Part shown: positions 58,502 through 64,000 of the stretch, piece after piece
How positions within the stretch are numbered: position 1 is the stretch's first letter
How the letters are laid out: the number at the start of each line of letters is the position of its first letter
Assembly (NCBI GenBank): GCA_045647425.1
Contig: JAZRMH010000030.1
Span: 18,068-82,067 of the forward strand
Direction: 5' to 3'
DNA length: 64,000 nucleotides
From: Faecousia sp.
Lineage (GTDB): Bacteria; Bacillota; Clostridia; Oscillospirales; Oscillospiraceae
The notes under the pieces: generated by a model
Told to the model about the DNA's origin: nothing
Databases searched by the model: none
The model's input: the letters and a program-made list of their open reading frames with translations, nothing else
Made by a program: the position numbers and the translations under genes

Positions 58502-59248
58502 ATGTTAACTAAACCGACCCCCCATATCAGCGCAAAACCCGGTGACTTCGGAAAAACCGTTCTGATGCCCGGTGACCCTTTGCGTTCAAAATTTATTGCG
58601 GAAAACTTTTTGGAAAATCCGGTTTTGGTGAATAATGTCCGCGGTGTGCAGGGCTACACCGGCAGGTACAAAGGCGTGAAGGTGTCCGTGATGGCTACCG
58701 GTATGGGTATGCCCGCCATGGGTATTTATTCCCACGAGTTGTTTAACGCCTATGGTGTGGAAAATATCATTCGGGTAGGCTCCGCCGGCGCCATTCAGGA
58801 GCATATTAAACTCTACGATATTGTGCTGGGTCAGGGCGCTTGCACGGATTCCAACTTTGCTAGCCAGTTCCATTTGCCCGGTACATTTGCCCCCATTGCC
58901 TCTTTTGAACTTTTAACTAAGGCGGTGGAAGCGGCTCAAGAACAAGGCGCTACCTACCATGTGGGCAACATCAATTCTTCCGATGTGTTCTATGGGGACC
59001 ACGAAGGCGTGCCGGAAGGGTTGGACAGCGTGTATGCCCTGAAAAAAATGGGCGTGTTGGCGCTGGAAATGGAAGCGGCGGCGCTATATATGAATGCCGC
59101 CCGCTACGGCAAGCGGGGTCTTTGCATCTGCACCATTTCCGACCATATTCTCACCGGTGAAGAAACTACTTCGGATGAACGGCAAACCGCCTTCACCGCA
59201 ATGATGCGGGTGGCGCTGGAAACCGCCGTGAAAATGGAAAGCCTATGA
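58502..59248 (+). CDS. deoD: Purine nucleoside phosphorylase, DeoD type
   Basis: [29 protein letters not shown] and [20 protein letters not shown] closely parallel E. coli DeoD. Confidence 0.92.
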   Translation: MLTKPTPHISAKPGDFGKTVLMPGDPLRSKFIAENFLENPVLVNNVRGVQGYTGRYKGVKVSVMATGMGMPAMGIYSHELFNAYGVENIIRVGSAGAIQEHIKLYDIVLGQGACTDSNFASQFHLPGTFAPIASFELLTKAVEAAQEQGATYHVGNINSSDVFYGDHEGVPEGLDSVYALKKMGVLALEMEAAALYMNAARYGKRGLCICTISDHILTGEETTSDERQTAFTAMMRVALETAVKMESL

Positions 59249-60363
59249 AACGAGTATTTTTGATTGTATTGGACTCTTTCGGCATTGGGCAGATGCCCGA
59301 CAGCGAGTCTTTTGGGGACGGGGGGGCAAATACCCTTGCTTCCTGCGCCAAATCTGCATATTTGCACATTCCCAACCTGATCAAGGCGGGTTTGGGCAAC
59401 ATTGACGGAGTCACCTGCCTGCCCAAAACGGAAAATCCCACCGGCATTTACGGAAGGCTTGCGGAAAAATCCGCCGGCAAGGATACCACCATCGGGCACT
59501 GGGAACTGGCGGGAATTGTGTCGGAAAACCCACTGCCCACCTATCCCGAGGGATTTCCCGAAGAAGTGCTGAAACCTTTTCGGGAAGCCGTTGGTCGTGA
59601 TGTGCTGGCTAACGCCCCTTGGTCGGGCACGGCTGTGATTGCAGAATACGGCAAACAGCATATGCAGACCGGCGATTTGATTGTCTATACCTCTGCCGAC
59701 TCGGTGTTTCAAATTGCCGCCCATGAGGACATTGTCCCGCCGGAACAACTTTACGAATATTGCCGAATTGCTCGGAAAATTCTCACGGGCAAGCACGGGG
59801 TAGGGCGGGTCATCGCAAGACCCTTTGTGGGCACGCCGGGGAACTTTACAAGAACCGCCAACCGCCACGATTTTTCCTTAGAACCCCCCGAGGAAACACT
59901 GCTGGACATTTTGAAAAAGCAGGGGAAAGATGTGATTGGCGTGGGGAAAATTCACGATATTTTTGCAGGGTGTGGGCTAACGGAATATGTGTATAACAAG
60001 TCCAACCTCGACGGCATCCACCACGCGCTTGATTATGCAGACAAGGACTTTTCCGGTCTGTGCTTTGTGAATTTGGTGGATTTTGATATGGTCTACGGTC
60101 ACCGTCGGGATGTGGACGGCTACGCCAAAGCACTGTCGGAATTTGACGGTTTTCTGCCTAAGTTATTGGAAAAGTTAGAGGAAGAAGATGTCCTTATCCT
60201 CACGGCCGACCACGGCTGTGACCCCGGCTTCACCGCCACCACCGACCACACAAGAGAGTATGTGCCTTTCTTGATGCTGGGAAAAGGCATCACGCCGGAA
60301 AACATCGGCACGAAAGACAGTTTTACCTTTGTGGCTGACACGGTAATAAAGGCGTTGTTGTAA
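59245..60363 (+). CDS. deoB: Phosphopentomutase
   Basis: [23 protein letters not shown] and LTADHGCDP. Confidence 0.92.
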   Translation: MKRVFLIVLDSFGIGQMPDSESFGDGGANTLASCAKSAYLHIPNLIKAGLGNIDGVTCLPKTENPTGIYGRLAEKSAGKDTTIGHWELAGIVSENPLPTYPEGFPEEVLKPFREAVGRDVLANAPWSGTAVIAEYGKQHMQTGDLIVYTSADSVFQIAAHEDIVPPEQLYEYCRIARKILTGKHGVGRVIARPFVGTPGNFTRTANRHDFSLEPPEETLLDILKKQGKDVIGVGKIHDIFAGCGLTEYVYNKSNLDGIHHALDYADKDFSGLCFVNLVDFDMVYGHRRDVDGYAKALSEFDGFLPKLLEKLEEEDVLILTADHGCDPGFTATTDHTREYVPFLMLGKGITPENIGTKDSFTFVADTVIKALL

Positions 60364-60375
60364 TAGGAGAAGAGT

Positions 60376-60765
60376 ATGGAAGAAATGCTAATGGAACAAG
60401 CCAAACTTGCCATGGGAAACGCCTACGCCCCCTATTCCCATTTTCAGGTGGGTTGTGCGCTTTTGGGGGAAGACGGTAAAGTTTACACCGGCTGTAATGT
60501 GGAAAATTCCGCCTTTAGCCCCACCATATGCGCAGAGAGAGTGGCAATCGGCAAAGCCGTTTCCCAAGGCTGTCGGAAATTTACCGCCTTGGCAGTTTGC
60601 GGGGGCAAGAATGGGGAAATCACCGGTCGCTGTACCCCCTGCGGGGTGTGCCGTCAGGTGCTGAGCGAGTTTTGCCAGCCGGATTTTCCTATCTATGTAA
60701 CCGACGGTAATGTGGTTCAAACCTATTTGCTGGCGCAATTATTACCGGCGCAATTTTGTTTGTAA
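60376..60765 (+). CDS. cdd: Cytidine deaminase
   Basis: CAERVAIGKA and TPCGVCRQVL zinc motifs. 129 aa. Confidence 0.92.
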   Translation: MEEMLMEQAKLAMGNAYAPYSHFQVGCALLGEDGKVYTGCNVENSAFSPTICAERVAIGKAVSQGCRKFTALAVCGGKNGEITGRCTPCGVCRQVLSEFCQPDFPIYVTDGNVVQTYLLAQLLPAQFCL

Positions 60766-60787
60766 AAAAGATTCACCGCACCAAAGC

Positions 60788-60806
60788 CTCCCTTGTGTAA
60801 AGGGAG
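60788..60806. repeat. Left copy of a perfect 19-bp inverted repeat bracketing the DUF559 gene (itself a stem-loop)
   Basis: CTCCCTTGTGTAAAGGGAG. The reverse complement is identical to 61222-61240. Confidence 0.9.
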
Positions 60807-60840
60807 GTGGCATGGCGTAAGCCGTGACGGAGGGATTGTT

Positions 60841-61218
60841 ATGCAGTCAAAACATAATAAGCAGTTGGTTCCATTGGCGAAGCAACTGCGAAAGGAAATG
60901 ACAAAGGAAGAACGACACCTTTGGTACGATTATCTTCGTAGTCATCCCGTGCGCTTTTCCAGACAAAAGGTACTGGGGAAGTACATTGCCGATTTTTATA
61001 GTGCAGAAGCCAAGCTGGTAATTGAATTGGATGGCTCGCAACATTATGAAGATTGGAATGTAGAGAAAGATGCAGAGCGAACCGCTTTTCTGGAAGGATA
61101 TGGATTAACAGTTATTCGTATTCCAAATAACGAAGTCAGCAAAAACTTTCGCGGAGTTTGTGAGCATATCGGTAATGCGGTAAGACAATCCCTCAGTCAA
61201 AAATCAGAAGATTTTTGA
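60841..61218 (+). CDS. DUF559 (Vsr-like endonuclease fold) domain protein
   Basis: ATG 60841 follows GGAGGG. EERHLWYDYLR, FSRQKVLGKYIADFY and VIELDGSQH are typical of DUF559. AT-richer than the flanks. Confidence 0.8.
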   Translation: MQSKHNKQLVPLAKQLRKEMTKEERHLWYDYLRSHPVRFSRQKVLGKYIADFYSAEAKLVIELDGSQHYEDWNVEKDAERTAFLEGYGLTVIRIPNNEVSKNFRGVCEHIGNAVRQSLSQKSEDF

Positions 61219-61221
61219 CAG

Positions 61222-61240
61222 CTCCCTTTACACAAGGGAG
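61222..61240. repeat. Right copy of the 19-bp inverted repeat
   Basis: CTCCCTTTACACAAGGGAG, starting 4 nt after the DUF559 stop. Confidence 0.9.
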
Positions 61241-61294
61241 CCGTGGGTGCTGTAAACGCCAGTGCAACTTGAATTTGATGCAGGAGGAATATCA

Positions 61295-61804
61295 ATGAAG
61301 AAACGAATAGGATTAATAATCGCAATTGTGATAGCTGTACTGATCATTGGTTTGCTTGGTTGGCGATTTTGGCCGCAGTCTGCCTCTAGTGTGATGCCCG
61401 TTAGTGAGGACACCATTACAAGTTTTGCGGCTTATGGAATGCTTGATAGTTTTGAAATGGGTTGCTGCGATTTATATAGCATAAATAGTCCAGCACCTAT
61501 TAGCAATGAACCTGGGGAGATTCTGGAAATTCTGGCTATGTCAAAATATCAACAAGATTTCCGCAATCTGTTACCATGGGGAGTTGATGGCGTAAGTGCT
61601 GATAAAAATTATGATGGGAATATGGTAACCTTGAGCCTGTATTTCCAGGACAAACAGGGATACATAGAATTTCAGTTTCTTAGCAATAGTATCGTGGTTG
61701 TTAGAACATCCAATCAACCCAATATGCGTATCTACCATCCTACAAATAGCGCAGCATTTGAAAAGTTGGTAGAATACCTGAAAACCCACGGTGTTTTACA
61801 ATGA
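61295..61804 (+). CDS. Hypothetical membrane-anchored protein (169 aa)
   Basis: ATG 61295 follows AGGAGGA. N-terminal TM IGLIIAIVIAVLIIGLLGW. No recognisable domain. AT-rich (about 40% GC by eye). Confidence 0.5.
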   Translation: MKKRIGLIIAIVIAVLIIGLLGWRFWPQSASSVMPVSEDTITSFAAYGMLDSFEMGCCDLYSINSPAPISNEPGEILEILAMSKYQQDFRNLLPWGVDGVSADKNYDGNMVTLSLYFQDKQGYIEFQFLSNSIVVVRTSNQPNMRIYHPTNSAAFEKLVEYLKTHGVLQ

Positions 61805-61855
61805 CACCCAAATTCAAATCCACCCATTCAGCGGGAAAGTCATTTGCAAAAGCCC

Positions 61856-61884
61856 TTGATTTTTGTCAAAATATGGTGTATAAT
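61856..61884 (+). promoter_or_regulatory. SigA-type promoter of the NCS2 permease gene
   Basis: TTGATT (61856-61861), 17 nt, TATAAT (61879-61884). Confidence 0.6.
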
Positions 61885-61910
61885 GCCAAATGGAATTGAA
61901 ATTCGAAAGC

Positions 61911-61958
61911 AAGGAGGAAAAACCGCGTTTTTATTGCTCGGTCTTTCCTTCTTTTTTT
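61911..61958 (+). promoter_or_regulatory. Leader terminator/attenuator upstream of the permease gene
   Basis: AAGGAGGAAA (61911-61920) pairs with TTTCCTTCTT (61944-61953), with an inner ACCG/CGGT helix, followed by TTTTT. Located between the predicted TSS and the RBS. Confidence 0.5.
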
Positions 61959-61994
61959 GCGAATTTAATTATCAAAAAATTGGAGGAATTTTCA

Positions 61995-63314
61995 ATGAAT
62001 CTGATCTATGGCATTAAAGACAAACCCAAATTTGGCCAGATGCTGATCTTCGCATTCCAGCAGGTTCTGGCAATCCTGGCAGCTACCATCGCAGTTCCCG
62101 CAATCATCGGTAACGGTATGAGCCAGGCGGCTGCTTTGTTCGGCGCTGGTGTCGGTACCATCGTTTACCAGCTCTTCACCCGTTTCCGCAGCCCCGTGTT
62201 CCTGGGCTCTTCCTTCGCATTCCTGGGCTCTATGGGCGCAGCCTTCGCAGGCGCTGCTTCCGGTTCTGCCGGCTTTGCAGGTATCCTGTTGGGCGCTGTG
62301 TTCGCAGGTCTTGTTTATGTGGTGATCGCTCTGGTGGTTAAGGTTGCCGGCGTCAAGTGGATCGACAAGCTGATGCCCGCTGCTGTTATCGGACCCACTG
62401 TGGCCATCATCGGTCTGAGCCTGGCAGGCAATGCTGTGGGCGACCTGACTACCGGTCGTGTTGCCGGCTGCAGCCCCTATGTTGCTTTGATCTGCGGTCT
62501 GGTGACTCTGCTTGCCATCGTTCTGTTCTCTGTTTACGGCAAGAAGATGATGAAGCTGATTCCCTTCGTGCTGGGTATCCTGGTGGGCTATGTGGTCGCT
62601 ACCATCTTCACCGTGATCGGCACTGTTTCCGGCAACGATGCTCTGAAGGTTATCGACTTCTCCGCATTTGCCAACCTGAAGCTTTTTGCTATTCCTGATT
62701 TCACCTTTGTGAAAGCTTTCCAGGGCTTCAAGGAAATTGACGCTACCTACATTGCAACCGTTGCCGTTGCCTATATTCCTGTGGCATTCGTGGTCTTTGC
62801 TGAGCACTTGGCTGACCACAAGAACCTGTCCACGATCATTGATGAAAACCTGCTGGAGAACCCCGGTCTGCACAACACCCTGTTGGGTGACGGCGTTGGC
62901 TCCATCGCCGGTGCTTTCTTCGGCGGCTGCCCCAACACCACCTACGGTGAGTCCGTTGGCTGTGTTGCAATCACCAAGAACGCTTCCGTGGTAACCATCA
63001 CCACCGCAGCGATCCTGTGCATCATCATCTCCTTCTTTGGTCCTTTCATCACCTTCCTGGCTTCCATCCCCAACTGCGTGATGGGCGGCGTGTGCATGAC
63101 CCTGTACGGCTTCATCGCTTGCTCCGGTCTGAAGATGATTCAGAAGGTCGACCTGAACAACAACAAGAACCTGTTCGTGGTTGCTGTGATCCTGATTGCC
63201 GGTATCGGCGGTCTGTCCCTGACCTTCGGCAAGGTGACTCTGACCTCCATCGCTTGCGCTCTGATCCTGGGCATCATCGTCAACCTGGTAGTATCCAAGG
63301 CAAAAGACGAATAA
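61995..63314 (+). CDS. NCS2-family nucleobase (uracil/xanthine) permease
   Basis: ATG 61995 follows GGAGGA. 439 aa, 13-14 TM helices. LIFAFQQVLAILAATIAVPAIIG and NTTYGESVG are NCS2 motifs. The tracked 5' extension covers the promoter and leader. Confidence 0.88.
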   Translation: MNLIYGIKDKPKFGQMLIFAFQQVLAILAATIAVPAIIGNGMSQAAALFGAGVGTIVYQLFTRFRSPVFLGSSFAFLGSMGAAFAGAASGSAGFAGILLGAVFAGLVYVVIALVVKVAGVKWIDKLMPAAVIGPTVAIIGLSLAGNAVGDLTTGRVAGCSPYVALICGLVTLLAIVLFSVYGKKMMKLIPFVLGILVGYVVATIFTVIGTVSGNDALKVIDFSAFANLKLFAIPDFTFVKAFQGFKEIDATYIATVAVAYIPVAFVVFAEHLADHKNLSTIIDENLLENPGLHNTLLGDGVGSIAGAFFGGCPNTTYGESVGCVAITKNASVVTITTAAILCIIISFFGPFITFLASIPNCVMGGVCMTLYGFIACSGLKMIQKVDLNNNKNLFVVAVILIAGIGGLSLTFGKVTLTSIACALILGIIVNLVVSKAKDE

Positions 63315-63392
63315 TCCTCAGAGAGTCATAGAAACACCAAACCGTCAAAACAGAAACATATTGAGATAAAAAAGCATCTATTATCGGTTGTA

Positions 63393-63413
63393 GGGGACGG
63401 GTCTTCCGTCCCC
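63393..63413. other. GC-rich hairpin in the convergent spacer
   Basis: GGGGACGG gtctt CCGTCCCC. The 3' arm can alternatively pair with the downstream GAGAAGGGG. Confidence 0.6.
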
Positions 63414-63468
63414 TCTAACGGAGAAGGGGCCAAAAAACTTGCTGGCGCAAGATGTTTTGACTTACTTC

Positions 63469-63516
63469 ACAACTCGAACCTTACCGTACCTATGTACGCC
63501 TACAGGTTCGAGTTGT
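63469..63516. other. Long hairpin in the convergent spacer
   Basis: ACAACTCGAACC (63469-63480) pairs with GGTTCGAGTTGT (63505-63516). The 24-nt loop contains a GTAC..GTAC sub-stem. Confidence 0.6.
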
Positions 63517-63544
63517 TTGTCTTTGGCGTTTCTCTGACCTCTGC

Positions 63545-63581
63545 AAAAAATACTGCCGGTTTATTCCGGCAGTATTTTTTT
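63545..63581. terminator. Bidirectional terminator overlapping the 3' end of the minus-strand membrane protein gene
   Basis: AAAAAATACTGCCGG tttatt CCGGCAGTATTTTTT. Confidence 0.8.
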
Positions 63582-63935
63582 GTCCAAAAAGGCATACAGT
63601 AAGGTTGCACCCAAACCAATGGGCACCCACAAAAGGCAAAACGGCAGGCAAATCTGTCCCCGCACATTCATAGGCATATCCCGATAATCCCAAACCCCAT
63701 AGGATTTGTTCACCAACAGACCGGCGGTAAATTCCACGCCGGTGATAATCCCTGCCCCTACCAAACTGCGGGTGAGGGGATTTTTTGTAACCTGAGCCAA
63801 TTTCCCCAACAGCAAAAAACAACTGCCCCCAGCCAAAAACATACTGCCGTGACTCCACCCTCGCCACAAAAGTTCCAGCCCCATATACCCGCAACCGCCC
63901 AGCGCAAATAGCATACTTTTCTTCCAAAAATCCAA
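63561..63935 (-). CDS. Small four-TM membrane protein (resembles the putative ABC-transporter type IV / CmpB-like family)
   Basis: 124 aa. GVWDYRDMPMNVRGQICLPFCLLW resembles the conserved W-Y-D..P motif of that family. TTG start 63935 follows GGGGTG; an alternative ATG is at 63914. Confidence 0.5.
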   Translation of the reverse strand: MDFWKKSMLFALGGCGYMGLELLWRGWSHGSMFLAGGSCFLLLGKLAQVTKNPLTRSLVGAGIITGVEFTAGLLVNKSYGVWDYRDMPMNVRGQICLPFCLLWVPIGLGATLLYAFLDKKILPE

Positions 63936-64000
63936 ACAATATCACCCCAAACAAGTTTTCCCGAAAAAATCTTGAAAAATACAAACTTTTCTCTTGACAA

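Noticed and set aside
61890-61994. An in-frame 35-codon N-terminal extension of the permease ORF.
   Set aside because: It would start at the predicted transcription start and run through the leader terminator. ATG 61995 has a GGAGGA RBS, and the NCS2 homology begins there.
63493-63520. A GGTTCGAG motif resembling a tRNA T-arm.
   Set aside because: The motif pairs with an exact complement 25 nt upstream to form a long hairpin. No acceptor stem, D-arm or anticodon arm can be drawn, so it is not a tRNA or tmRNA.

Overview
Chromosomal window from a spore-forming Firmicute. Gene content points to class Clostridia: pro-sigma-K, spoIIP, a SpoVB/YabM-type flippase and a glgC/glgD pair. By eye the GC content is about 50% and Leu codons are TTG-rich; finer taxonomy needs a database search. 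There are about 60 protein genes and I saw no rRNA, tRNA, CRISPR array, transposase or integrase. From 1 to 13.3 kb: relA (5' cut), dtd, an MBL hydrolase, a HemZ-like radical SAM enzyme, an amidohydrolase, a MOP flippase, hup, an S4 protein, dapA-dapB-dapF, a serine hydrolase and gdhA. From 13.3 to 33.6 kb: sigK, then a 19.5 kb, 19-gene, single-strand surface-polysaccharide locus. Its order is rfbAB, then a Wzz-like gene, ugd, rfbDC, an Alg14/Alg13-like pair, a TupA-type ATP-grasp, two GT2, one GT1, Wzy, an acyltransferase, Wzx, a TagF-type phosphotransferase, a nucleotidyltransferase-PLP fusion, an opine-dehydrogenase-like reductase and a CpsB phosphatase. From 33.6 to 64 kb: an AEC transporter, a Cys-rich protein, an M23 peptidase, glgCDA plus a GH13 enzyme, two lipid kinases, upp, tsaB/tsaE, prfA, a DUF421/DUF4363 pair, spoIIP, tadA, queH, a THUMP methyltransferase, a DUF2207 protein, a heterodimeric ABC exporter, deoC-deoD-deoB-cdd, a DUF559 islet and an NCS2 permease. 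The most unusual content is inside the polysaccharide locus. (a) A compact TagF / fused cytidylyltransferase-PLP-fold / opine-DH-like module predicted to make and attach a CDP-activated polyol or amino-alcohol phosphate. (b) A Wzz protein fused to a degenerate, P-loop-less BY-kinase-like domain, with an orphan CpsB phosphatase at the far end. (c) ugd plus a TupA-type amidoligase, suggesting amidated uronic acid. Smaller oddities are listed as findings: an expressed-looking ABC-exporter remnant, structured leaders, a DUF559 gene bracketed by a perfect 19-bp inverted repeat in an AT-rich islet, and a hairpin-dense convergent spacer. All calls rest on reading the translated ORFs and hand-counted coordinates. 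No searches were run, so family assignments are motif-level and small-element coordinates may be off by 1-2 nt.
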